Below, piece by piece: positions 12,301 to 26,900 of a DNA stretch of 64,000 nucleotides; the first letter of the stretch is position 1, and each line of letters opens with the position of its first letter. Source of the DNA: Leucoraja ocellata (Eukaryota). The stretch is taken from NCBI GenBank assembly GCA_036785375.1, contig JAWMAR010000030.1:7626001-7690000 (forward strand). Reading direction: 5' to 3'. The translations under genes and the position numbers were made by a program. Below the pieces are notes generated by a model that worked only from the letters and a program-made list of their open reading frames with translations, ran no database searches and was not told where the DNA came from.

Positions 12301-15300
12301 GCAATAGATGGGACTAAAGGAGGTATACATGAATCTCTGTCTCACCTGGAAGGACTGTTGGGGTCCATGGATGGATGTGAGGGTGAAGGTGTGGAGACTA
12401 TGTTGCATCTCCTGCTGTTGCTGGGGAAAGTATCTGGGGAGGGGGTGATTTGGGTGGGAAAGGATGAGTGAACCAATGAGTGGATTTATGACAGCTAAGG
12501 GGAGCCATGTTTACTAAAGAAAGAGGATGTCCTAGAATGGAAAGCATCATGTTGGGAGCGGACGTGGAAGAGATGAAGACATTGAGAGTAGAGGATAGCA
12601 TCTTTGCAAGAGGGAGAGTCAGAGAAGGTATAGTCCTGATAACTGTTGGTGGAATTTGTAGTAGATGCAAGTAGATAATTTGTCCCCTGTTTTGGAGACA
12701 GAGAGATCAAGAAAAGGAAGAGAGATGTCAACCATAGTTCAAGAGGGAAAATCTTCTACCTTGGTTTAATTCTCTTTACTGGTTTTGTTAGCAGTAGTTT
12801 GCAAGGCAAGTTCATGCATCAATATATCAGGCACACCCACACTATAGATCCTACCCTGAACCCTCTCTTTCCGGGAAGGCCACGTGGACCAGCTTCTCCT
12901 GGCTCCCCCTAAGCATAAAATATGAAGATATGAGATCAATACACAGGACCTGAAAGGAACGGTGAAACGGGGCGAACATCGAGGACAGACGAGGAGAATT
13001 CAAGAACATGAGAAAACTTCACAGACAAGGAAACAACAAGGCACTTTGTTCAATGTGATGAGACCACATTGTGATACATGGCATGAAACATGTATCTATC
13101 TCATTTTGCATAGGAAGGAACTGCAGATGCTGGTTTAAACCGAAGATAGACACAAAATGCTGGAGTAACTCAGCGGGACAGGCAGCATCTCTGGAGAAAC
13201 ATTTTGGGTTGTTTCAGTCTGAAGAAGGGTCTCGACCTGGAAAGTCACCCATTCCTTCTCTCCAGAGATGCTGCCTGTCCCACTGAGTTACTCCAGCATT
13301 TTGTTTCTATCTCGTTATGCAATTCTATGATCATACAATACTCGTGCAATGAAGTTATTACTTCTGACAGTTGTTTGAATATTTAATTATAGTCACCTGT
13401 TTTAAATATTTCATGACTTATCAGAGATATTGCAAAAAAATCTCATACAGCCTAATGCATAAAACAGCACTGTCGATAAAACGTATTAAATTATGAATAC
13501 TAAACAGCAAGACAAGCTTTGGAATTAAAATATCATCAGCTATACAAATACTTCTCCAATGATGTGGAGTGGTGCAGCTTGATTGCTTTTCTTCAAGAGT
13601 CTGCAGTCTCACTTCTCTGTTGCTAAAGCTATGTTTTGTCGCTCAGGCCAATGGTTTAATCTCTCTGGTCAAATATTGTGTGACTCACACTGACCTCCGC
13701 TCAGCTATAATGACAGTGGTTCACTGCTGGTCAAGGAAAGAATTAAATGGATAGTGCCCATTCAATAAAGGGCAACATAGAAAACAGAATGTACAAAGTA
13801 GAGGGATTTGCACAGGGGGAATTGAAGATTAAAATGGAAGGTGAGGAAGTGAATAATAAGGGGAGAATGGTAGAATGGCAGCGAGTGTTACGGCTTTTTA
13901 ACCCCAGCTTGATCCTGACTTTGGAGATTCGAGAGTCTGAAGAAGGGTCTTGACCTGAAACGCCACCTATTCTTTTTCTCCAGAGATGCTGTCTGACCCA
14001 TTGAGTTACACCAGTTTTTGTATCTATCTTCGGTTTCAGCCAGCATCTTCAGTTCCTTCCTACACACTGGGAGTTATCCCTGTGAGATCTAAGATCGCTT
14101 CTGGATGATCCATTTTTCTATCACACTCCAAACTGTCAGGTTGAATGGCGAGCATAAAGAACTCCTTAGTATGTAGCTAGATAATGACAGTATGAAAGGG
14201 GAGTTGCCAGGCATATGAGAGACTAAATTGCAAGGATATTGGGAAATAAGACAAGTGGAAAGGTTGATTGAGGGAAGGGATCTACTGAGAGCCAGCATGA
14301 ATGCTAAACATGATGAGCTGAATGGCCTCCTATGTATAGAAAGGAACTGCAGATGCTGGTATATACCAAAGATAGACAGTTGGAGTGTTGGAGTAACTCA
14401 GCGGTTCAGACAACATCTCTGGAGAAAAAGGATGGATGATGTTTTGGGTTGGGTCCCTTCCTTAGACTCAAGCCTAAGACCTTCGTCTATGCAAGTTGAA
14501 AACCTCAGAAAAGAAGCACCCAGTAAACACTGATTAACCATGACACATGGTGCTATTATAAGATTGTTCAATGGAGTAACGTGTCACAAAGAGCATCACA
14601 GATTGAAAAGGACAAAAGGAATTAAACCCGCCGGGTGTGAAATAAGCTAAAGTTCACCTTCTCTCCAGGTGGTCCAGTCTTCCCTGGCTCTCCCTGTGTC
14701 CAAGATAAATGCACGAGAGGAAGGCAAGTCAGAAATGCATAGAGACAAGCGAACAAGAGTAATTGGGTTTAATGTCGTGTTGCACCGCGACTAACCTTTA
14801 ACACAGGAGCAGTTGAAATAAATGCACCCTATTGATTGAAGGCAGATAATAGTTTGGAGTTAGATATCAGTGGAAAGTATAATTAGAGATAAAGGTGAAT
14901 GAATTACAGAAATAGTAGCAGATTATTTGGGCACACAATCTTTGCTGGAATTTTAATCAAATATTTGGCTTAACTATAAATGTATCTCTATAAATGCAGA
15001 AACAAAGAATTGCTGATTTTGGTTTATACACAGTGCTGGAGTAACTCAGCAGGTCAGGCAGAACATGGATAGGTGATGTTTCATGATAGGTGATCTCTGG
15101 AGAACATGGATAGGTGATGTTTTGGGTCGAGACCTTTCTTCATGCATTATTTTGTTGAGAGGAATATTTAAATCGTTCAGATTTACTTCGTAGTATTGGC
15201 TGCAGGAAAACTCGCATAATCCAGGAGCATTGACAATTTGGTGGTGTCAGACTGGCAGATTGTCCTGACTATTGTACCTTACTCTGACTAACAGCTCAGC

Positions 15301-18300
15301 AATTTTTTAATCCAGACCTTATGAAGACAAACATAATGCAAGACTCGGAGCACAAATAGAAAAACGTGAGTACTGAGCACGCTGCCTTTTCCATATTTTG
15401 TCTTGTTTGACATTTATCATCAGCTTTCCGGATCAAAAGTATTTCAAAGCCCATTTCACTGTCCATCTGTCTGTCAGGTTTAGTTAGGCTTAGCTTAGAG
15501 TTGATAACTCTAAGAATTCTCTAGCATCGAAGCAGGCCCACTGAGTCCACACCAACCATTAATCACCTGTTTATACTAGTTCTGTGTTATCCCATGTTCT
15601 CATCAAATTCCTACACACTTGGAACAATTTGCTAAGGCCAATAAATATACAAACCCGCATGGCTTTGTGATGTGGGAGGAAATCAGAGCACTTGGGAGGA
15701 ATGCAAATTCCGCACAGTCAGTGCCTAAGGTCTCTGGTGCCTTGAGGCAGCAGATCTACCAGCGGCACCACTGTGCTCTTAAGCCTTTGAAAAATAATGC
15801 ACATTTTTGTAAGATACCGAAAAAAATGATTCTTTAACAATCAGCACAGATCTAAACTTGAATGGAAGATAGTAGTTGCACTTGATTGGTGAATGTACCT
15901 AACACTGGCATAGGATCCTTGACCTAAAATGACACTTAAATCAGCTATACTGGCAGAAAGAAACACTCTCTCAAAGGATCATCTGCATATTTTTGAACAT
16001 TACTTACAATTTCCCCAAACATTTGGAAATAGTACAAGGAATACAATAGCCTGTTTGTAGCTACTATAATTTTTAAAAGGGTGCACTGGGATAATAAAAG
16101 GAAGAGGCTTTTGCTTCAAAAATGCTTTTCCAACACTTTGATGTGTATGCATTCGTGTCGTGGGTGGTGCAAACAAGGAGGACGAGGCAGTGTGCGGAGA
16201 TGGAATACCTTTGTTCCAGGTTTTCCTGGGATACCAGGTCTTCCAAATTCTCCCTATGAAGACAGGAAAGTAAAAGCATATACAATTTAAACAGAAAGAA
16301 TTAAGAAGAAATATTGTCACTTCTATTCCAAGGCAGGATGGGAATGAGGAGAGACAGAGATAGGAAACAGGATAGGATAGGATGGTAGGAATAATGAAAA
16401 GGGGATACATTGTTCTAGTTTTGTAATTAAGCTGAAAATTCACATAAACTCCTCATTTCAATTTATTGCCACTGAACCTAACAGTGACTGCTGGTGATAA
16501 TGATGTAGTCAGTTTCTGACCTATTTACTAACAATGCCAAATGGCAATTAGTCTCAAGCGTGCAAGTGTGTTAAGATTAAGTTTCAAATTAGCTTCTCAG
16601 AATCCGGTCCAAGGGCCCAATATCATCAATCAGTGAAATGAATCAGCATCAGTTATCTGAGACTCTGCTTATAACTGGAGACTTCACAGAGACCGACTCG
16701 AGTTTATTTAACCAAATGTAACATCAATATTTTGCACGACAGACAGTCCAATCAGTTTCAGTCATAGCAATATGAATACAGTCTTACCTACAGTATCTCT
16801 ATTGAATGCTTATATAACTGTTTTATAGGCAAAATAACTCAATAAACTTCAGAAATAAAAGTGTTGGTTGTGCTACACGCTGGGATGCCCGAGTATGTGC
16901 AAAAAATACATCTTTCCTTGTCTTCACACTTAAGGCTTCTTACTTTTACCTCTTGAGTTGAATTTTTATTTTAGTCTGATTTGACAATTATTCATGTTGC
17001 CGACTTGATCTCAGACATTAAATCTTGAGTATTTTTATTGCTTCCACTAACCCCACTGTAACCAGCAAGACTAATCAACACAGCAGCAGCACGCACAACC
17101 TAAATCCCCTCAGTCCTCTAGAGCTCACTCAGCGCTTTCCAGCAGCAATCACTGGGACCAGGACACTAGTCTGGTATTGTATTCCCCAGGCTTGAGGTGC
17201 TGCCAAAATGATGTTGCTCCTTCAGAGATCAGACACAGTTAGTCACACCCAGGAAATTCATGAGTTGGGTGGCTAATATCAGTTGTCTTATGCAGTTGAA
17301 AGTCTGGGTACCCCATTTCCAGCAGTAGAACGGGATACTGCAACTCAAGATGAATATTAGATATGTTTCTTCCAGCAGAACACTGGGCATCACATCTCGT
17401 TGAACAGGCCTCTGCAAAAATAGGTAATTAACCTCCATTTCTGCAGGTGAGATAACTCACCTCGAGATGAGCAGTGGATACCCATCTCCAGGTAAACATG
17501 GGTACTACCTCACGCTGAACATTCAGACACATCATTGCTTTCTGAACTAAGTGCAGAGGCCACCTTCAGCTCTACATGAGGCACCTCACCTCCAGGTGAC
17601 TAGGTCGCTACTAGATTGTCATTTGAACAAGTCGGATATCTAATCTCCAGCTCTGCAAGTTGGGTATCCATCTCCAACTCTACAAGAGGGGTCCCCCACC
17701 TGTAGCAGACAAGCACCAGTTAATGACACATGGATCTCATCTCTAGCTAAAAGAAAGCTACCCTTACTTCTACCATAGGAATGAGGTAACCCATTGCTGG
17801 CTGGGTGTCAGGAACACTTTCTCCTTCCTTCAAACTTTCTTCACAGCTGCTATCAGGCAGCTGAATCATCCTACCACAACTAGAGAGCAGTCCTGAACTA
17901 CTATCTACCTCAGTAGTGACCTCGGATTATCCTTGATAGGACTTTGCTAGCTTTATTAATTCCTTCATTCATTCCTTCCTTTGATACCAGGCACTAAACA
18001 TTATTCCCTTATCATGTATCTACACACTATAAATGGCTAGATTTGTAATCATATATTGTCTTTCCGTTGACTGGATAGTATGCAACAAAAGCTTTTCACT
18101 GTACCTCGGTACATGTGACAATAAACTAAACTGTAAAACTGAGATATCACTGAGAGTGTGATTTGAGTCCAATATATTGATGAAACAGCACTCACTACAT
18201 AATGACACTGTGCTCATACATATTATAAATCCTTAAGTAACAACTGAGATCCACAATGACTTTACAATGTGGTGGTGCAATCTGAAAATTATTTTGTTTA

Positions 18301-20908
18301 TAAATACTGCCACTAAAATGCTTGAACTTTAATCTTCAGACTACTGTTGCTCATCATCTATCAAGACTGAAACAAAACATGACAATTTTCCACTCTTAAA
18401 ATGGAAGAATGATTACTTACTGATTACATGCATAAATATTTAAAAGAATACTGAGTTGGAACATGCCCACGTCTTATTAGCCAGAGTTTCTCTTACTGTT
18501 AACTCTACCTCATTCAGTTATTGCACTTGTGTATTTCTTTGCAGTACTTCAGAAAGAACTACATTGTTTGCATCATTCTGTGACTTTGTTTTATTCATTG
18601 TTTAGAACAGTAAATCACAGAAGCAGGCCCTTTGACCCATAATGTTGTATATATCACTATCATGCATACTGCATACAAAGAATTTCATTGCATCCTGCTC
18701 TATATAAAAAACAATAAACTTATCTGAATCTGAATGCCATTTGCCATCACTTGGTCTGCAGCCTAATATGCCTTCAGGTATTTGTCCAGATGCTTCTTAA
18801 ATGTTGAAACAAGGAATTGCAGACATGGGTTTACAAAAAAAATACACAAAATGTTGGAGTAACTCAGTGAGTCAGGCAGCATCTCTGGAGAATGTTGATA
18901 GGTGGCATTTGGTTCAGGACCCTTTTCATACTGATTGTGGTGAGGGTGGGGGAGGGGGAGACAAGGGAACTTGTACTGCCAAGTTCCTCCAGCACTTTGT
19001 GTCTTTTTTTGCTTCTTAAATGTTGAGTACCTGCTTCCACCATTCCCTCACTTAAAATACATTCAACGTCATCCTTGAGAACATTTCAATAATCAACAGA
19101 ATTAATACTTTATTTTGTATTATTCAAAATTAAAGAAAAATAATGTTGTAAGATTTCAGTCGGAGCTATCATTATATTGAATTAACTAATGCAAAAAAAT
19201 ATTATGGAGCCAGATGTTTGTATTGGGTAGGCACCAGGGACAACAAATTGGATGTTTAGCTTCAAATAATTGTGCATTTGGTGTCACCTTTGAAACGGGG
19301 AACGAACTAAAAGCTCTTTGGAACCAAGTGCTTTTAAATTGTGGTGTCTTTTCTCTCGAGGCATTGGCTCCTGGCCACCAGGGGGCAGCACTGTTAACAT
19401 GCTGAAAGGTCCACCGCTTGTCCCACCAAGGTAGAGTGAGTGAAGGAAAACAGGTAGTCGATGAATTTGGACAACATGCCTGGATCGCAAGGAAGAGAGT
19501 GGCCAGGAATAGGATGTTGGTCACAAAACAAGGGGATAATAAAATTCTTGAGAGTTGAGTTGAGCATTGTTGGGAAGGAGTTAAGATGATTGGGATCGGC
19601 TGCCAAATGGATATCAGAGTGGTGATTGTGGTGGTGTGAAGGGCCAGTGTGGGAGGATTAGAGGTTGTTACTTTAGACAGAGTTCAGAGATACAGCGTTT
19701 AAACAGGCCCTTCAGCCCACCACCGGTCGCCACGTACAGTACTATCCAACACACTGGGGACAATTTGTAATTTACAGAAGCCAAAACCTGCACATCTTTG
19801 GAGTGTGGCACTCGGAGAAAACCCATGTGGTCACAGGGAGAACTCCATACAGCCAGCACCTGTAGTCAAGATGAAACCCGGGTCTCTTGCGCTATAAGGC
19901 AGCAACTCTACCACTGCTTCACCGTGCCCCATAGGTTGCTGCACAGCTTATGCTTATTTACAGTATATTGAGCATCTTCACTAGATGGATGGTCAAATTT
20001 ACATGAAGGAGGATGGCAGTCCATTTGCTAGCCCTATCTGCCCAAGTCCAGAGGGCATCTGAGATACACCAGTATCTTTTCTCCAGCACGTCACAGCTCC
20101 ACTGCTGTACTAAATGATGAGTCCAGGAGCAGAGCTCAAGTTTGTCTTTGACTTCAGCCTTTCATCACATCCAGGCTCAAGTTCAACAGGAGCTGAGCCA
20201 CAAGCAGCTGATAGCTGGCCATGCTGCAGATTAAACCGTACGATTCGGCCTGGCGACATTTTTAGCCTTTGTGCCACTGACTGGAAATCCAGTGATGCCT
20301 ATGGCCTAAACTATCATTGTTGCTGCATCACATTTACATAAGGGAGAGCTTTCATTTGTGCCCTGTTATTGCAGATTGTGCGAAAGACCTTGGGTAAATC
20401 AGTCACCTAGTTTAAGTCAGTAAGCTCTAAACAGACAGGGCCAGTGCTGATTTAGAACCATTCTGGGAGATGGAGTCAAGCAAGGTAAAAAACCAGTGAT
20501 CTAAAAATCAATCACTTAATAGAACTCTCCTCCATACATTAATTTTAATTTACTGCTAATCCCAATATAATAATTCATTTTCCTCCCTTTTAAAATACTC
20601 ATAAAATTGACATGCTCATTATTGTAGTCTTGGTTTATACAGGGGAGCCAACATAACTCTGTTTGACTGACTCGATTAACATTTTGATCAGATAACAGAG
20701 AACGTTGGTGAAGGAATGGAGTAGATTTTTTCTAGCTTGTCAGAAACCACTTGAAAAAAATCCCATGCAAAATGTTGGTCACAAAATTGAGGCCCTTGGA
20801 ATTAACTATTCAGTCAGAGTTTTTAAGGAAATGGAGAGCAGGAGTATACAGCTCTTTATTCAGACTTATACGATGCGCTTTCCACGAGGTTATAGAGCAT
20901 TCACTGAC

Positions 20909-20967
<59 letters not shown>

Positions 20968-23900
20968 TGCAAAAGTTCTAAATTTGCGAAAAGGCTGAAT
21001 CAATAGTCAGACACGTGGCAGCTGAACTGCAACAGCAAAGCATGAAGTGATACGTGCAGACTGAAAAAGCAGGAGACAAGATGGAGTAAATGGGACTGTT
21101 CAAAAGATGTGCGGCAACAGAGAGTGGATGCAGCCATATTGAAAGAGTGCTTAGTAAAATATATGGGCTCCTAGGATTCATAAGTTGAGATATAGATAAC
21201 AAAGCAAAAAGATAATGTTGAAGATAGACACAAAAATCAGGAGTAACTCAGCGGGTCGGACAGCATCTCTGGAGAAAAGGAATAGATGACGTTTCGGGTC
21301 GAGGCCCTTCTTCAGACTTTTGTTGAATCTGGTTTAGTCACAACTGGGATATAGTGTTTAAGAAAGAACTGCAGATGCTGGAAAAATCGAAGGTGGACAA
21401 AAATGCTGGAGAAACTCAGCGAGTGAGGCAGCATTTATGGAGCGAAGGAATAGGTGACGTTTCGGGTTGAGACCCTTCTTCGGACTGGGATATAGTGTTC
21501 AGTTCTGGTCACATTTAAAAAAGAATATAAAAGCTTTGGAGAGGGTGTAGGAAAGATTTATTGGAATGGCTGCAGGTGTGAGTATCTCAGTTGCAAGGTT
21601 AGACTACAGAAGATGGCCGATAGATATTTCAAAGAGCTGCGGCTGTTCATGAAGGGTGTCGATGGAGTATTGAGAGCAAAACTGTTGCTATTCTCAGCTG
21701 GTTCAAGGATCGGAACCGCAGGCTTAGAGTTTTGGGACACAAACAGAAGGAAGGCAGGAGGAAAAGTCTTTATTACGCGGAGAGCAGTGAAGATCTCATC
21801 ATGGATGAGCATGGTGGAAATGCAAGGAAACATAATATCCAGGATTATGGGGAGAAGGTGGTGGACTGAGACTGGCAGGGTTGCTGCAAGAGGAACTGGC
21901 AGAGACTCGCTGGATTGAACAGCATCCTCTGTGCCACAACATTACAAAATCAAAGCGTCCTTGCAACACAATTCAAATTGACAGTTTTGCTCTTTATCTG
22001 AAGAAGATCAGACCCATCCGTAAGTATGATGAATGTAGCAGGGAGTGGTTGAGTAACTACTGCCTGCTTTTTTTCCCTCCCCTACTCATACCAGTAACAC
22101 TAGGAAGCCTGATTCTTAATCATTCCTCGATAACAATCAGCACGGGAGCACCTCAAGGCTGCTTGCTCAGCCCCCTGCTGTACTCACTCTATACTCATGA
22201 CTGTGTAGCTGGACATAGTGCGAACTCCATCATCAAGTTCACCAATGACACCACTGTTGTGGGACGAATCACTGATGGTGACGAGTCAGAGTATAGAAGT
22301 GAGATCGACCGATTGACCAAATGGTGCCAGCACAATAACCTGGCTCTCAACACCAGCAAAACCAAGGAACTGATTGTGGACTTTGGAAGGGGTTGGACAG
22401 GGACCCACAATCCCATTTATATCAACGGGTCGATGGTGGAATGGGTCAAGAACTTCAAATTCTTGGGCGTCCATATTTCTGAAGATCTTTCCTGGTTGCA
22501 GCACACTGATGCAATTATAAAGAAAGCACATCAGCGCCTCTACTTCCTGAGGAGATTACGGAGAGTCAGTTTGTCAAAGAGGACTCTCTCGAACCTCTAC
22601 AAGTGCACAGTAGAGAGCATACTGGCTGGTTGCATCATGGCTTGGTTCGGCAACTTGAGTGTCCAGGAGCGGAAAGGAATGCAGAAAGTTGTGACCACTG
22701 CCCAGTCCATCATCGGCTCTGATCTCCCCACCATCGAAGGGATCTATCGCAGTCACTGCCTCAAAAAGGCTGCCAGCATCATCAAGGACCCACACCATCT
22801 TGGCCACACGCTCTTCTCTCCGCTGCCATCAGGTAGAAGGTACAGGAGTCAGAAATCTGGTACATCCAGGTTCAGGAACAGCTTCTTCCCCACAGCCATC
22901 AGGCTATTAAACTTGCCATCAAACAAACTCTGAACTATAACAGCCTATTGCACTTTATCTGTTTATTTATGTGTGTGTATATATATATGGTCTATGCTAT
23001 ATAGACACACTGAACTGTTCTGTATTTATGCTTACAATACTCTGTTGTGCTGCAACAAGCAAGAATTTCAATGTCCTATCTGGGACACATGACAATAAAC
23101 TCTCGTGTTCAAGAAGGAACTGCAGATGCTGGTACACAAGAAGATAGACAAAAATGCTGGAGAAACTCAGCGGGTGCAGCAGCATCTATGGAGCGAAGGA
23201 AATAGGCAACGTTTCAGGCTGAAACCCTTCTTCAGACTGATGGGGGGTGGCGGGGTGAAGAAAGGAAAAAGGAGGAGGAGGTACCTGAGGGATGGGAGGA
23301 AACAGCAAGGGCTAACAAAATTGGGAGAATTCAATGTTCAATAAACTATCTTGACTTGACTAGACTTGACTACTTAAGAGAGCAAAAGTAGCCAGCAGAT
23401 GGCGCTCTTGGTGTACAAGCACAAATGCCAAGACCTCAAACTGCTACAGCCATCACTCATAATGTACGCCCACAGGTACGTTCTATGCCATTGATTCAAG
23501 ATCTGCTTTTTTTTCAGAAGGAGCAACAGCTGACAAATTCTAATGATTTACCTTTCTGCCTAAGAAGGCATGGGGTTTCTTTGGATTTGAATCCAGTTCA
23601 AGATATTTCAGATTAATGTTCAGGCTCAATGCTCGGGTAGTTCTTTCTGTTGCTATGTTATACAACCACCTGGACCTCTAAAGTGCGAATAACAAGGAGG
23701 GTAATTGCTATGTTTCCGTAATACCTGACAAAGCAAACAACTCTCCCTGTCCAGGTGCAGGAACAGGTTCCTTTTAATTAAAGTTTGCTGGTGTGCCAAA
23801 GAAAGCTAAGCGCAGATTCTATCTCGGACCAAAATCCCTGGTTGCACTTGCCACTGTGTGAACTTCACAATAGTTCACTCTTGGTCAATGTAAAGTTAAT

Positions 23901-26900
23901 TACAGCAGGCAAGCAAAAGCATCGTATGAATCACAGCTTAACCTCAGGCTAGAGGTAAATGAGATTGTATGGTGTGGGATCAAATTTTCACCCTTATACC
24001 ACTGGGAAACGACGCACCATATAAGATGCTACCATGTACTAGTGACCTCCCAGAAGATGAAACACTGAGATCATACAGCTTGGGGTGAGATTACTAATTC
24101 AAAGTTGCCACAAAGATGGAACTTCTCACTGAAGCAACCACTGAATAAATCAGAAGTCAAAATCCATGCTACTCACCAATAATTTCATCTGCTCCAAGTA
24201 CTTTCCAAGATTTGTATGCAGCATGTATTTGTTTAGTTGAGTTTATTATTGTCACGTGTACCGAGGTACAGTGAAATGCTTTTGTTACCTGCTAACCAGT
24301 CAGCAGAAAGACAATTCATGATTGCAATTGAGCCATTTACAGTGTACAGATGCACGATAAAGGATATAATGTGAAGAATGTTTAGTGCAAAATAAAGCCA
24401 GTAAAGTCTGATCAAAGATAGTCCGATGATCTCCAATGAGGTAAATAGTGGTTCAGGACAGCTCTCTAGTGTATGTTCTCCCTGTGACTTGCATGGGTTT
24501 CCTCCCATACTCCAAAGACATACAAGTTTGTAGGTTAATTGGCTTGGTAAATGTAAACATTGTCCACAGTGGGTGTAGGATAGTGTTCATGTGCGGGGAT
24601 CGCTGGTTGGCGCAGATCCGGTGGGCCGAAGGGCCTGTTTCCATGCTGTATCTCTAAACCTAAGCCTAAACTAGGTGTGAGATGAATTGGTGGGGGTTAG
24701 ATACTCAACGGTCAGGCAGTATCTCTGGAAAAAAGGCATTTTGGATCGGAACCCTTCTTCAGGCTGAAAGATAGAGGTGGGGGGAGGGGAATACTGGAAG
24801 CGAGAAATGGCCAGTTAGGTCAGGATAGTGTGGGGGCTGAAGTAGAGCATATGAGTGGCCCACCAATGTGATCACATTTCCTGGCCATTGCTGCTATGGA
24901 GCTTTGCACCAGGAATGATGTTGCCCTGAAAGCATCTGAAGCAAAAATCACAACAGAACCACCATGTTTTAAGTTCCTGCTCCCTGACATCGTTCCAGCA
25001 AATCAGACAGGATCGCTTAACTGCTCTCTGTAAATGCATTCGTGAACACAAAACATTCACTCAAATCTCAGGATTGTGTATTTTTTAACCTTCTACACTG
25101 GAAGTACAAAATGGTAACTAAGAAACTACACAACGTATACTAAATGTAAGGATTTATCTTCTCTTCCTTGTATCATTTCTTTCAAACTCTCAGACATTCC
25201 ACAGTACTTTATAGCCTCCGAAGTATTTCTGAAGGCACAGTGGTAAGGTTGGAAATATAATGTGTCTGGGTCTGGAATTGTTGACCTGATTTCAACAGAC
25301 AGCCTGTATTTTCGCATTCCTAACGGAACACAGCCAGAACTGAAATGCACAACGACGATGGAATAGCAATTACAGCTAATAACCTGGTTGTTTCGAAGTA
25401 AGCAGCAGACAGTAAGATGAGGCCGTGGGCCATCTGCATTTACCATTTCAACAACCAGGCTCAATGACAAACACAACATGTGATTCATTGGAGACGGTGC
25501 AGAGGATGTAGAGACTGTGCTGAGATGGAACATTTCCAGTTATAAGGGAGACTGGATAGGATGGATCTGGCTCCTTTGTAGAGGAGGTTGAAGCTGGACT
25601 TGATAGTGGTGTACAAAAATGATGAGGGGCGTAGATCAGGTAGATAGTAGAAAACCTTTCCTCACAGCAAAGGTTTCTAAATCTCAGAGGGCACAGTTGA
25701 GGGTAAGAGGTAAATCAGGGGTCGGCAACCTACGGCCCCAGGGCCGAATGTGGCCCGTAACCCAAAATCATCCGGCCCGCAGGCGGATTTTTTTCTCGTA
25801 ATCATCCGGCACGCCGAACGTGGCTGAGCGCCCCCCCCCGAGCACGGCCGGGCTCTGGCTGTACCGCATCCTGCGCAAAGCCGCCGGCACGGCTGCGCGC
25901 CTTCCGTGAACACGTTTAAGAAAGAATTGCAGATGCTGGAAAAATCAAATGTAGACAAAAATGCTGGAGAAACTCAGCGAGTGGGACATGCAAGGACTGC
26001 ATGAGGCTGCCTCACCCGCTGAGTTTCTCCAGCATCTTTGTCTACCCTCTGTGAACACGTGATTTGATGCCTGCCATCCGGGGCGGGATGGGGGCAGGAT
26101 CCATATGTACACGTGATAGATGCGGCCCACCATCCGCTCACAGACATGCGTCCCGACCCCTATGCAGAACAAGGTTGCCGACCCCTGAGGTAAAGGAATC
26201 CGAGGAAGAATATTTTCACCTGAGGGTGTTTGTAATCTGAAATTCACAGCCTGAAATGATACTTTCACATCATTTAAGAAGTATCTGGATGGACACAAGA
26301 TTCAGAAAGGCTCCTAATGCCATGGACCTGGAAATGCTGGTAAATGGAATTCATAGAGATGGGTACTTGACACTTGACATGCTCATGTGGGCTGAATGGG
26401 CGTTCTGTGCTAGATGACCACTAAACTCCATTCAGGTTATCAACAACGAGTGATCAGTATCAATCATTTCCATCAACTTACTGTTTCATAAAACGTCCTA
26501 AATCTAAATAAGTAGTCATGTCTCAGATGACCGCATGAAGCTCAGGAATTATTTCAACACAATTTGGCTAGACACCAGAATATAATAACACATTTACATC
26601 CGATTCCCTCTACCTCATTGTGAGGTACAATACTGAGAACTATATTTTTCACTCTATTTCTTTTTTTCTCCCTACCTATTGTAATAATAATAATAAATGT
26701 TATTTATGGGCGCCTTTCAAGAGTCTCAAGGACACCTTACAAAAATTTAGCAGGTAGAGGAAAAACATGTAAGGGGATTGAAATAAATAGTAGAGACATG
26801 ACTAGTACACAAAGTAAAGACAGAATTCAATTCAAAACACAATATGAGGCAATTAATGCACAGATGAAAAGGGAGGGGGACGTGGGGCTAAGGATAGGCA

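Noticed and set aside
17300-17765. CRISPR-like spaced repeats
   Set aside because: Vertebrate intron, degenerate units without unique spacers, no cas genes.
21881-22933. 350-aa ORF as a host gene
   Set aside because: The N-terminal 80 aa are chance read-through of flanking DNA; the rest is a truncated LINE RT.
24877-24925. Good acceptor followed by GNIIPGAK...
   Set aside because: No in-phase donor and no sustained Gly-X-Y pattern.
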